IMG/VR virus record: IMGVR_UViG_3300009008_000024
Location: 16,802-80,801 of that record
DNA length: 64,000 bases
Strand: one strand, 5' to 3'
From: a virus
The number at the start of each line of letters is the position of its first letter. The first letter of the stretch is position 1. The position numbers and the translations under genes are program-made. Below the pieces are notes generated by a model, which was given only the letters and a program-made list of their open reading frames with translations, did no database searches and was not told the DNA's origin. Positions 19,666-28,921 of the stretch are shown in pieces.

Positions 19666-20274
19666 ATGCTAAAAATTATTTTAGGAGTGGGAATGGTTTG
19701 CGCGGGAACGCTGATCGGGCCCGGAAAAGTTTACGATTTAATGACCAACCAAAAAAGCGTTGCCGACTATACGGCAACATTAAAGATTGTTAAATCCTTA
19801 GAAGATGGCAAACTTTCCCAGTTAGAGAAATCAACATATCGTCGTGATGGGTACACAAAAAAATACAATAGATATAAGAAAATTAGAATAAGATATTTGG
19901 ATAGGTATCGTTATGTTGTGGGGAAACATCGATTAAATCACTTTCTGTGTAGGGATAAGCGTGTGAAATATAGTCCCACGACTTATGTAATAATTAACCC
20001 CCAACTTTTAGAAAAAGTGATGTTAATTGATGAGGCGAGTGGTGGTCAATTTTTTATTACATCTGGGCACCGCACTCCCACCTACAACGCTACCCTCCAC
20101 GGTGCCACCAAGAACAGTCGCCACCTAGAAGGGCGAGCAGTTGATCTTATCCCTATTAATATTTCATTAAAAGAATTGGGAAAAATTATAAGAAGTGTAG
20201 AAAAGGCGCGCCCGGATCTTAAAGGGTATATGCATATTTATGAGAAGCATGTCCACACGGATGTCGCCCGTTGA
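19666..20274 (+). CDS. Peptidase M15 (Zn D-Ala-D-Ala/endolysin-type) with N-terminal hydrophobic segment
   Basis: 'ITSGHRTPTYN...GA..NSRHLEGRAVDL...HVHTD' (SxH-x6-D...HxH/D). Confidence 0.8.
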   Translation: MLKIILGVGMVCAGTLIGPGKVYDLMTNQKSVADYTATLKIVKSLEDGKLSQLEKSTYRRDGYTKKYNRYKKIRIRYLDRYRYVVGKHRLNHFLCRDKRVKYSPTTYVIINPQLLEKVMLIDEASGGQFFITSGHRTPTYNATLHGATKNSRHLEGRAVDLIPINISLKELGKIIRSVEKARPDLKGYMHIYEKHVHTDVAR

Positions 20275-20313
20275 ATTATATGCCCCCCCTCAAAATATTT
20301 CTTAAATAAAGGC

Positions 20314-20342
20314 TTGACAGAGTGATCTGCCTGTGCTATAAT
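20314..20342 (+). promoter_or_regulatory. sigma70-type promoter for ssb operon
   Basis: TTGACA-17-TATAAT with extended -10 TG. Confidence 0.85.
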
Positions 20343-20375
20343 GGGGGGGTCGCTTAGACAGAAAAGGAGAAAAAA

Positions 20376-21110
20376 ATGGCAATTGATATGAAGAAAATGC
20401 AAAGTAAATTTAATAACTTGAAGGCGCGTAGTGGCGGAGGTTCCTGGTGGAAACCGAATGATGGGACGCAAACTGTTCGCATTCTTCCCACCGATGACGG
20501 GGATCCTTTCAAGAGTTTTTACTTTCACTACAATATTGGCAAGGAAAATGGTTTTCTTTGTCCAAACAACAATTTTGGCGACGACTGTCCTGTCTGTAAT
20601 TTTGTGAAGAGTCTTTACCGTGAAGGTGACGACGAATCCAAAAATATGGCGCGCCAGTTGAACGCTAAAAGTCGCTTCTTTTCGCCCGTGTTAATTCGCG
20701 GCGAAGAGGGCGAGGGTACCCGCGTTTGGGGGTATAGCAAGACTGTGTATGAAACCTTACTTAGTTTAGTGCTTAATCCTGAATACGGAGACATCACCGA
20801 TCTGGAAACAGGCGTAGACCTGGATCTTCAATACGGTAAGCCGCCAGGGGGTCAATTCCCCGTCACTAAGTTGACCCCACGCCGCCAGTCTAGTTCACTA
20901 TGTAAGGACTTGAGCGACGATAGATGCAAGGAGTTGCTGGATGCTATCCCTGATTTCAGCACCTTGTTTGAGCGGAAAACTTCCGAGGAAGTACAGAAGA
21001 TGCTAGATGAGCATCTAGCCGGTGATAGTCCTGAAGGTTTTTCTAACGAAACACAGAAATATACTTCGGACGCGGATAAGGTAGATCAAGCATTTAGCGA
21101 TCTTCTTTAA
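20376..21110 (+). CDS. Single-stranded DNA-binding protein (T4 gp32-like)
   Basis: 'WWKP..G...VRILP...DPF....FHY......FLCP.......CPVC', 'YGDITD...G.DL', acidic C-tail ending 'AFSDLL'. Confidence 0.85.
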   Translation: MAIDMKKMQSKFNNLKARSGGGSWWKPNDGTQTVRILPTDDGDPFKSFYFHYNIGKENGFLCPNNNFGDDCPVCNFVKSLYREGDDESKNMARQLNAKSRFFSPVLIRGEEGEGTRVWGYSKTVYETLLSLVLNPEYGDITDLETGVDLDLQYGKPPGGQFPVTKLTPRRQSSSLCKDLSDDRCKELLDAIPDFSTLFERKTSEEVQKMLDEHLAGDSPEGFSNETQKYTSDADKVDQAFSDLL

Positions 21111-21155
21111 TCCCAACCCACAGGGAGGCACAGGGTTATCAGGTGTCTCATCTTT

Positions 21156-21227
21156 GTCTCTATCGTCTAATGGTTAGGACGCTGCCCTTTCAAGGCAGTA
21201 ATAGGAGTTCAAATCTCCTTGGGGACA
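21156..21227 (+). tRNA. tRNA-Glu(TTC), CCA not encoded
   Basis: Acceptor GTCTCTA/TGGGGAC, anticodon arm CTGCC-CTTTCAA-GGCAG, T arm AGGAG-TTCAAAT-CTCCT. Confidence 0.9.
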
Positions 21228-21257
21228 CAACACCATATAAGAGGGGAATTCTGTTCC

Positions 21258-22376
21258 ATGGCGAGACTTAAATCTAAAGCAGGCAAACTTAGCATTAGCG
21301 AGATGCGAAGTTTGATCAACAAGAAGGCTGGGATGCCGGTGGCACACGATCTGTCCTCGGAGAATCCCACAGAGGTGACCGATTGGATTCCTACGGGATC
21401 AACATGGTTGAACGGCATTATTTGTCGCGGTCAAATGGCGGGTATTCCGGTGGGAAAACTGACTGAGATTGCCGGCATGGAAGCGAGTGGAAAGAGTTAT
21501 ATGGCAGCGCAGGTTGCCGCCCACGCCCAGAAAAAGGGCATCGATGTGATTTATTTTGATTCTGAATCTGCGATTGATCCTGGGTTTTTGGAACACAGTG
21601 GAGTTGATCTCGGAGGCATTTTATACCTACAGGCGATATCTGTAGAATTTGTTCTAGAGACAATTGAAGAACTGCTGAAGACAAACAATAACAAGATGTT
21701 GTTTATATGGGACTCTCTTGCACTTACGCCGGCAGTCAGTGATGTGGAGGGAACATTCAATCCCAACGAGTCAGTAGCAGTTAAGGCGCGCGTTCTTGCC
21801 AAGGGCATGTCCAAGTTGGTGGTATCTCTTGCAAATGCACAGTCCACACTTTTGGTCTTGAATCAACTCAAGACCAACCTTCAAGTTCAAAACCCGAAGT
21901 ATGCAACGGATAGTGAAAAGTATGTATGCCCAGGCGGCAAGTCTATGGCATATGCATATAGTTTGCGCATTTGGTTGACAGGCAGAAGAGGCGCCAGTAG
22001 TTATATTATGGATAGCAAGGGGTATCGAGTGGGGAATGAAGTCAAAGCAAGACTAGAAAAGTCCAGGTTTGGTACGGCTGGTCGCATTTGTAACTTCAAG
22101 ATTCTTTGGGGAGAAGATGTGGGTATCCGAGATGATGAGAGTCTTTTTGAGGCGATTAAGAGTTCCGAGCACCTCAAGAGCGCCGGCGCCTGGTGGACAT
22201 TGACTCACAGCGATGGATCGGAAGAGAAATTTCAGGCAACTAAATGGAAAGACCTTATGCAGGGCGATAAGTTCCGTGCGCGGGTTATGCAATTGCTGGA
22301 CGAAGAAGTTGTTCTTAAGTTCGACAAGAGGTTGGTAGAGGCAGATCACTTCTATCAGGAAGAAGAAGAAGAATAG
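21258..22376 (+). CDS. recA: RecA/UvsX recombinase
   Basis: 'WIPTGS..LN....GIPVGKLTEIAGMEASGKS', 'YFDSE', 'IWDSL', 'LNQLK', 'PGGKSM.Y..SLRI', 'EKSRFG'; ATG 21258 after GAGGGG. Confidence 0.92.
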   Translation: MARLKSKAGKLSISEMRSLINKKAGMPVAHDLSSENPTEVTDWIPTGSTWLNGIICRGQMAGIPVGKLTEIAGMEASGKSYMAAQVAAHAQKKGIDVIYFDSESAIDPGFLEHSGVDLGGILYLQAISVEFVLETIEELLKTNNNKMLFIWDSLALTPAVSDVEGTFNPNESVAVKARVLAKGMSKLVVSLANAQSTLLVLNQLKTNLQVQNPKYATDSEKYVCPGGKSMAYAYSLRIWLTGRRGASSYIMDSKGYRVGNEVKARLEKSRFGTAGRICNFKILWGEDVGIRDDESLFEAIKSSEHLKSAGAWWTLTHSDGSEEKFQATKWKDLMQGDKFRARVMQLLDEEVVLKFDKRLVEADHFYQEEEEE

Positions 22377-22392
22377 TGCCCTGAGCACCACA

Positions 22393-22416
22393 GCGCCCCC
22401 GAGAGGGGCGTTTTTT
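22393..22416 (+). terminator. Intrinsic terminator after recA
   Basis: GCGCCCC-CGAGA-GGGGCG followed by T6. Confidence 0.8.
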
Positions 22417-22506
22417 GGTATTCCCATACTCTCGTCTCCTCGCGGAGAACCATTCGTCACGACGCACCTCAGAGCGCGCCACGCACAGATAAGAAAAAGA
22501 GAAAAA

Positions 22507-23484
22507 ATGAAAAGATTGATGATACTTGATGGCAACAACGCCTTCATACGACACTACATAGTAAACCCTTCCATATCTACGAATGGACAACCAGTGGGAG
22601 GACTAATAGGTTTTCTCAGGGGATTGCAGAAACTTTCTAGGTCCATCCGTCCGGATGGCATTGTTGTAGTTTGGGACGGCGCCGGCGGCAGCAGAAAAAG
22701 AAAGTCCATGGTGAAAACCTACAAGGAAGGAAGAAAACCAGTTAGATTAAATCGCAATATTCGAAATCTGGACGATAACGAAGAGGCAGAGAATGCTATG
22801 TGGCAGCAACTTAGGGTAGTAGAATACTTGAATGAGACGCCAGTGGTACAATTTATGTTTCCAGAAGTTGAAGCAGACGATATAATAGCTAGAACTTGTC
22901 AACTGGAGACATTTAGAGAGTGGCAAAAGGTGATTGTATCCAGCGATAAAGACTTCATCCAGTGCTGCAATGCCAACACCATTCTTTATCGTCCCATTCA
23001 AGACGAGATTGTGAGCGAAAAGGCGGTGGTAGAGAAGTATTCGATCCATCCTACTAATTTTGCACTGGCACGTGCCATAGCAGGAGACAAGTCTGATAAT
23101 CTTCCAGGAATTCCAGGAATAGGGTTGGGCACCATAGCGAAGAGATTGCCGGCACTAAAGGATGCGGAAGCGGTATTGCTCACCGACCTAGAAGAGTACT
23201 GCGAGGGCAAGGTAAGTGAGGGGAGCAAGGTGAAGTTCTATAATCTCATTCTAGAGAATGTTGATTTAATTAAATTGAACTATAAAGTGATGCAACTCTA
23301 CAGTCCATCCATCTCAGTTCAGACAAACACGTCTCTTGTTTCCACATTTGAAGACTACGCGCCCCAATTTAGGCAGACGGAATTGATTAAGATGCTTTTT
23401 GCGGATGGGTTTCCTCAAGTAAATCTGGATGAAATTTATAGTGTTTTTAGGAAGATTGTGAGAGAGCACAAAGAAAACACTTGA
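22507..23484 (+). CDS. 5'-3' exonuclease/flap endonuclease (Pol I N-terminal / T4 RNase H family)
   Basis: 'LDGNN', 'VVWDG', 'YKEGR', 'EADDII', 'SSDKDF', 'GDKSDNLPGIPGIG'. Confidence 0.92.
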   Translation: MKRLMILDGNNAFIRHYIVNPSISTNGQPVGGLIGFLRGLQKLSRSIRPDGIVVVWDGAGGSRKRKSMVKTYKEGRKPVRLNRNIRNLDDNEEAENAMWQQLRVVEYLNETPVVQFMFPEVEADDIIARTCQLETFREWQKVIVSSDKDFIQCCNANTILYRPIQDEIVSEKAVVEKYSIHPTNFALARAIAGDKSDNLPGIPGIGLGTIAKRLPALKDAEAVLLTDLEEYCEGKVSEGSKVKFYNLILENVDLIKLNYKVMQLYSPSISVQTNTSLVSTFEDYAPQFRQTELIKMLFADGFPQVNLDEIYSVFRKIVREHKENT

Positions 23485-23509
23485 CACTTTAGCAAAAATA
23501 CTGTATGAT
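23481..23509 (+). promoter_or_regulatory. sigma70-type promoter for helicase-RNR
   Basis: TTGACA-17-TATGAT overlapping the upstream stop codon. Confidence 0.75.
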
Positions 23510-23536
23510 CAGATCATTATTGAAAGACGGGAAATT

Positions 23537-24907
23537 ATGATCGAAAAAGAAAATAAGACATTTGGTTCGTTTGGGAAATCGTTCCAAGAGTCATTGGCAA
23601 AATTAATTTTAGAAGATTCCAAGTTCGCTTCTCAAATCGGAGAAGTTCTTGATATTAATTTTTTTGAATTGCGGTACTTGCAAGACTTTGTAGAAAAGGT
23701 CTATTCTTATAGAAGAGAATATACCACTCATCCCAATCGGGACACATTCGAGAGTATGCTAAAGAATGAGTCTTCCGGCGACAATAGTGCTGTAAAGAAA
23801 CAGGTTAGGGACTTCTATGTAAGAATGGTGTCGGGAAGATGCGGAGATGTAGATGAAGAATATGTTAAATTAAATTCTTTGGATTTCTGTAGAAAGCAGA
23901 AACTGCAAGAGGCGATGCTTCAGAGTGTGAGACTCATGCAGGACTCTTCTTTTGATGAGATAAGCAAAATTATCAATGATGCTCTCAAACTAGGACTTAG
24001 CACAGATTTTGGATATGACTTCATTGAGGACTTTGAGCAGAGATACCAACTAACTTGTAGGAATCCGGTTTCTACTGGGTGGGTAGAGATAGATAAGATC
24101 CTCCGCGGAGGTCTGGGAAGTTCTGAGTTGGGGGTAGTTATTGCTCCAACGGGCGTAGGCAAGAGCATGGTCCTTACCCACCTAGGCGCGCGCGCAATCG
24201 AGTCGGGAAAAACAGTCGTGCATTATACTTTAGAGTTACAAGATGTAAGCATCGGGAACAGATATGATAGTTGCATAACGGGGATCAGACTTAATGAGTT
24301 GTTTGCGAAAAAAGATGAAGTTCTAGGGGAGATACGCAGTATTCCTGGGAAACTTCTCATAAAGGAATATCCTACGAAATCCGCCACGACGCAGACAATA
24401 CGCAATCACTTAGAGAAGTTGAGGCAAAGAGATATTGAGGTGGGAATGGTGATTGTGGACTACGGTGATATTTTAAGACCTATTTCTGTTTCAAAAGAGA
24501 AAAGGAATGATCTCGAAACTATTTATGAAGAGTTGAGGGCAATTGCTCAAGAATTTGAGTGCCCGGTCTGGACCGCCTCACAAACAAACAGGAGTGGAAT
24601 TAACGCAGAAGTTATTACCATGGAATCCATAAGCGAAGCGTATTCAAAGTGCTTTGTTGCGGACTTTATTTTTTCAGTTTCGAGGACGGTTTCAGACAAG
24701 ATGAACAACACCGGCAGAATTTTTATAGCTAAAAACCGTAATGGTATTGATGGAGTGGTATATCCTATTTTTATGGATGCTGCAAACGTTGATATCAAGG
24801 TCCTTCCTCAGATCAATATCGCTCCTGATGATGAGAAGATGACCGGCATTCAAGTGCAATACAAGAAGTGGCGCGACAAGGAACAACAAAGAAAAGAAAA
24901 GGAGTGA
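23537..24907 (+). CDS. Replicative DnaB-family helicase (T4 gp41-like)
   Basis: 'STGW..ID..L.GGL...ELGV..APTGVGKS', 'YTLEL', 'IKEYP', 'IVDYGD', 'WTASQTNR', 'KNRNG'. Confidence 0.92.
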   Translation: MIEKENKTFGSFGKSFQESLAKLILEDSKFASQIGEVLDINFFELRYLQDFVEKVYSYRREYTTHPNRDTFESMLKNESSGDNSAVKKQVRDFYVRMVSGRCGDVDEEYVKLNSLDFCRKQKLQEAMLQSVRLMQDSSFDEISKIINDALKLGLSTDFGYDFIEDFEQRYQLTCRNPVSTGWVEIDKILRGGLGSSELGVVIAPTGVGKSMVLTHLGARAIESGKTVVHYTLELQDVSIGNRYDSCITGIRLNELFAKKDEVLGEIRSIPGKLLIKEYPTKSATTQTIRNHLEKLRQRDIEVGMVIVDYGDILRPISVSKEKRNDLETIYEELRAIAQEFECPVWTASQTNRSGINAEVITMESISEAYSKCFVADFIFSVSRTVSDKMNNTGRIFIAKNRNGIDGVVYPIFMDAANVDIKVLPQINIAPDDEKMTGIQVQYKKWRDKEQQRKEKE

Positions 24908-24913
24908 AAATAA

Positions 24914-26770
24914 ATGGAATTATCTAGCAAGATCTTAAGTGATGTGACAGTGTTTATGAAGTATGCACGTTTTAGGGAAGACTTGGGCAGGAGAGAGACG
25001 TGGGAAGAGTTGGTGACTAGGAACATGGAGATGCACATCAGGACTTATCCCGACTTGCAAGAAGAAATTAGAGAATCTTATAGGTTTGTGTATGAAAAGA
25101 AGGTACTTCCATCAATGAGGTCACTTCAGTTCAGTGGGCGCCCAATTGAAATATCTCCAAATAGAATTTATAATTGTGCGTATCTTCCGGTAGACGATTG
25201 GCGCGCCTTTAGTGAAATTCTGTTCCTTCTCTTGGGCGGAACGGGAGTGGGATACAGTGTGCAGCAGCACCACGTAGAAGTTCTTCCTGAGATCAGGAAG
25301 CCGAATATGTCTCGGACTCGTCGATATTTGATTGGAGATAGTATTGAGGGTTGGGCGGATGCAGTAAAGATCTTGATGAAGTCTTATTTTTTCGGCACTT
25401 CCAATATTAGTTTTGATTTTAGTGACATTCGCGCGAAAGGATCTAGGTTGGTAACCAGTGGTGGCAAAGCGCCTGGACCTGAACCCCTCAAGATTTGCCT
25501 ACAACAAATAGAGAGTATCTTGAGCGAGAAAGAAGATGGTACCCAACTAAGACCAATAGAGGTGCATGATATTGTTTGTCATATAGCAGACGCCGTTCTT
25601 GCTGGCGGTATCCGTCGAGCCGCCCTTATTTCGTTGTTTTCTGCCGACGATGAAGAGATGATATCTTCGAAGTATGGTAATTGGCATGAGAGAAACCCCC
25701 AGCGCGGACGCTCTAATAACAGTGCAGTCTTGCTGCGACACAAGGCAGATAGAGAATTTTTCAATGGACTTTGGGAGAAAATTAAACTAAGCAATAGTGG
25801 TGAACCAGGCATTTACTTCTCCAACGATAAGGACTATGGCACTAACCCATGTTGCGAAATTGCGTTGCGACCTTTTCAGTTTTGTAATCTATGCGAGGTT
25901 AATGCCTCTAATGTAGAAGATCAGGAGGATTTTGATGAGCGGATCCGCGCCGCCGCTTTTATCGGCACCCTCCAGGCAGGTTATACTAATTTCCACTATT
26001 TGAGACCTGTTTGGCAACGCACTACTGAAAAGGAAGCGCTTATAGGAGTTAGTCTTACGGGAATTGCCTCAAGGAGATTGGAGCATATTGACCTAAAGGG
26101 AGGAGCGACCGTCGCGAAAAAGGTAAATCGAGAAACTGCCGAGAAGATTGGTATAAATCCCGCAGCGCGAATAACGACTATTAAGCCTGCTGGTACAACC
26201 TCTTTGGCACTAGGTTGTAGTTCTGGTATTCATGCTTGGCATAATGATTATTATGTGCGCCGCATTAGAGTCGGCAAGAACGAATCTATCTACCCCTACC
26301 TTTTGGAGAACCACCCGGAATTGATAGAGGATGAGTTTTTTAGACCTCACGACACAGCAGTCATTTCGGTACCGCAAAAGGCGCCCGCCGGCGCTGTCCT
26401 AAGACATGAGTCTGCATTTTCTCTCTTGGAGAGGGTAAAGGGTTTTTATGAGAGGTGGATCAAGCCGGGTCATGCCCGCGGACAAAATACTCACAATATT
26501 TCCGCGACCATTTCTTTGAGAGAAGAAGAGTGGGATGAGGTCGGTGATTGGATGTGGGAGAATCGGGCATGCTATAACGGATTATCGGTCCTTCCTTACG
26601 ATGGCGGATCGTATATGCAATCTCCATTTGAGGATTGTGATTTGGAAACGTATGAAAAGATGATGGAATCGCTAAAGTCAGTGGATTTGACGCAGATTAG
26701 CGAGGAAGAGGACAACACAGATCTCAAGGGAGAGGTGGCATGTGCCGGAGGCGCGTGTGAAATAAGATGA
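24914..26770 (+). CDS. nrdJ: Class II (B12-dependent) ribonucleotide reductase
   Basis: 'KYAR......RETW', 'PSMR', 'NCA', 'GGIRRAA', 'TNPCCEI', 'CNL', 'TTIKPAGT', C-terminal 'CAGGACEI'; no small subunit adjacent. Confidence 0.9.
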   Translation: MELSSKILSDVTVFMKYARFREDLGRRETWEELVTRNMEMHIRTYPDLQEEIRESYRFVYEKKVLPSMRSLQFSGRPIEISPNRIYNCAYLPVDDWRAFSEILFLLLGGTGVGYSVQQHHVEVLPEIRKPNMSRTRRYLIGDSIEGWADAVKILMKSYFFGTSNISFDFSDIRAKGSRLVTSGGKAPGPEPLKICLQQIESILSEKEDGTQLRPIEVHDIVCHIADAVLAGGIRRAALISLFSADDEEMISSKYGNWHERNPQRGRSNNSAVLLRHKADREFFNGLWEKIKLSNSGEPGIYFSNDKDYGTNPCCEIALRPFQFCNLCEVNASNVEDQEDFDERIRAAAFIGTLQAGYTNFHYLRPVWQRTTEKEALIGVSLTGIASRRLEHIDLKGGATVAKKVNRETAEKIGINPAARITTIKPAGTTSLALGCSSGIHAWHNDYYVRRIRVGKNESIYPYLLENHPELIEDEFFRPHDTAVISVPQKAPAGAVLRHESAFSLLERVKGFYERWIKPGHARGQNTHNISATISLREEEWDEVGDWMWENRACYNGLSVLPYDGGSYMQSPFEDCDLETYEKMMESLKSVDLTQISEEEDNTDLKGEVACAGGACEIR

Positions 26771-26783
26771 AAGCAAAAAAAGC

Positions 26784-26812
26784 TTGACACGTAGAAGTGA
26801 ATCTGGTAAAAT
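26784..26812 (+). promoter_or_regulatory. sigma70-type promoter
   Basis: TTGACA-17-TAAAAT with TG extension and A-tract UP element. Confidence 0.75.
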
Positions 26813-26841
26813 AAGAATGCTCATAAAAAAAGGAGATTATT

Positions 26842-27120
26842 ATGGCAACTAATTTGAAGATGGTCAGCCCGATTAAGGTAGATGACCAAAAAGAAGAAAA
26901 AATTGTAGATTACATAAAATCAATTAAAGCGCTGGAAGAGGAGATGGAACCCTACAAGGAACAGAAGAGAGAACTGAAGAAGAATTATGTAGAAAATGGA
27001 TGGTTGACGAAAGAAGAAATAAGCACGGCGGTAAAGGCGTTTAGACTAATGAAGGGCGAAGTCGATTTAGATCAAATGAGAGATTTTTTCAACCTGTATG
27101 AAAGGACAAAGGTGATCTAA
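26842..27120 (+). CDS. Small coiled-coil DNA-binding protein (GapR/DUF2312/T4 DsbA-like, tentative)
   Basis: 'YIKSIKALEEE.......RELKK.Y..NG....I..AV...R' helical pattern. Confidence 0.4.
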   Translation: MATNLKMVSPIKVDDQKEEKIVDYIKSIKALEEEMEPYKEQKRELKKNYVENGWLTKEEISTAVKAFRLMKGEVDLDQMRDFFNLYERTKVI

Positions 27121-27121
27121 C

Positions 27122-27448
27122 ATGGTACAACTAAGATATGTGCCATTGAATCGCCACCTCCTGCTGGAGGACGTAGACTTGGCAGAGAAGTCGCCCTCCC
27201 CCGTCTTAGTGCCGGATGAATACAAGGTTGTCAGGAACTTTGGCATCTATTCTATTGTGGAGGCTGCCATTGACTGCGATACCTTCTTTCAGAATGGAGA
27301 AATGGTGGTGGTGGAAGAGAGCATGGTAAGGGAGGTGGAACTCCCGGGCGATAAAAAATATTATGTCCTCCCCGAAAATTTGGTTATTTTAAGAGTTAGC
27401 AAAGCAAAAGAAAGTTCCCACTATGGAAATCCCTACAACGAAGATTGA
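27122..27448 (+). CDS. GroES-like co-chaperonin
   Basis: 'YVPLNRHLLLE....VLVPD....IVEA......GEMVVV........YYVLPENLVI' follows the Cpn10 pattern; GroEL is present in the window. Confidence 0.55.
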   Translation: MVQLRYVPLNRHLLLEDVDLAEKSPSPVLVPDEYKVVRNFGIYSIVEAAIDCDTFFQNGEMVVVEESMVREVELPGDKKYYVLPENLVILRVSKAKESSHYGNPYNED

Positions 27449-28151
27449 TCTATATAACGATGGCATTGGCACAGTAGAGTATGTGGAGCACATGGGCAGC
27501 GATTTATCAGTGGTAAATTCTGCCCGCGTTTCCTTTGGCGCCCACAAAGAGATATTGGAAGAGAAGGATGAGAAACTAGTTTCTTATCTGGTGAGGCACA
27601 AGCACACATCTACGCTTGAACATTGCCTCATTACCTTTCGCTTTGTGGTGCCACTCTTTGTTCGCTCGCAACATCACAGGCACAGAACTTGGTCGTACAA
27701 TGAAATATCTCGTCGATACACAGACGTTGATATCAGTTTTTATGAACCAAGAGAGTTTAGGACGCAGCACGAAAGCAATCGGCAATCTAGCAATGAGTCT
27801 GGACATATAGACCCGCGCATTTCTCTCATAGACGAATTGCCAGATGGTCACCTTTATTATGAAGACTCTGCGCACTCCTTGATAAGAGAACACCACCAGA
27901 AAAGCATGGTGCTATATCAGTCCCTTGTGGCTGCCGGGGTTTGTCGAGAGCAAGCAAGAGGTGTGCTGCCACAGAATATGTATACTCAATACTATGGCAC
28001 AACGAACCTAAACAACTTGCTAAAGTTTATTGACTTGCGAACTCACGAGGGAGCACAATGGGAGATACAAAAGGTTGCCGAAGCTTGTTTGGAAATAGCA
28101 ACTGAACTATTCCCCGTCACTGTTGGTGCATATAGAAAATCAAGAGAATGA
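27423..28151 (+). CDS. thyX: Flavin-dependent thymidylate synthase
   Basis: 'VVNSARVSF', 'H.STLEH', signature 'RHRTWSYNEISRRY', 'REQARGVLP', 'LR....AQWEI'. Confidence 0.95.
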   Translation: MEIPTTKIDLYNDGIGTVEYVEHMGSDLSVVNSARVSFGAHKEILEEKDEKLVSYLVRHKHTSTLEHCLITFRFVVPLFVRSQHHRHRTWSYNEISRRYTDVDISFYEPREFRTQHESNRQSSNESGHIDPRISLIDELPDGHLYYEDSAHSLIREHHQKSMVLYQSLVAAGVCREQARGVLPQNMYTQYYGTTNLNNLLKFIDLRTHEGAQWEIQKVAEACLEIATELFPVTVGAYRKSRE

Positions 28152-28921
28152 GCATAGTATACCAATATAACAAAATAATTATTGGAGGGTCTTTGTCGGC
28201 ATTGCTGTACGGGCACAGAAACAAAATTCCTGTAGTATACGCTACTCCGAGAGTTCCTTTGTTTTTTGAGTCTGATAGCGCAGGCAGAAGTAAGCAAGAA
28301 TTATGGCATAAACTATCTTTCCAATTATCATTAGCGGGGTTGATGCCGATGTCAGATAAGGTAGTAAGTCTCAGGATTGAAGACGACGGCATATTAAAGG
28401 CGTTTACTGATGATCCTTTTTACGCCACATTTCAATGCGGGGAATTTATTGTGTTTGACGACACCAACCTTGAAGGGTATGATTCTGAGATCGAGCAGTC
28501 GCACAAATACCGGGTACTTGATTGGATCAACGACAGGAAGAGTTCTCCTCATGATGTTGACTATCTTGAATCCGATGAGGATTTTGTGAAAGAGGTATAT
28601 TTTTATCCGTCTAAGAGGATAGATGGAAATTGGAGCGGCAAGAAGGATATCCTAGCAATATCTTACTTGACGCACGATCAGATTGATAGTGTGGAATACT
28701 GCGACACATATGTTAAGTTTAAGGTGTTGCACATGATGAAGGACGCTGGCATTGTTGGACCAAAGAACGGCAAGAACAAGAGGGATCCTACAAAGCACAA
28801 CTACTTGTCCATCAAACTGGAAACATCCAACCGGGAAGTGGAACCAGTTATACGAGGACCATACCATGAAGAGCAACTTTTGAAGGGGTTTGAATTGAAC
28901 CATAGGCATCTAGATGGATAA
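28148..28921 (+). CDS. Hypothetical protein with degenerate Rossmann-like N-terminus
   Basis: 'KIIIGGSLSALLY' resembles a dinucleotide-binding beta-alpha start; translationally coupled to thyX (ATGA). Confidence 0.45.
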   Translation: MSIVYQYNKIIIGGSLSALLYGHRNKIPVVYATPRVPLFFESDSAGRSKQELWHKLSFQLSLAGLMPMSDKVVSLRIEDDGILKAFTDDPFYATFQCGEFIVFDDTNLEGYDSEIEQSHKYRVLDWINDRKSSPHDVDYLESDEDFVKEVYFYPSKRIDGNWSGKKDILAISYLTHDQIDSVEYCDTYVKFKVLHMMKDAGIVGPKNGKNKRDPTKHNYLSIKLETSNREVEPVIRGPYHEEQLLKGFELNHRHLDG

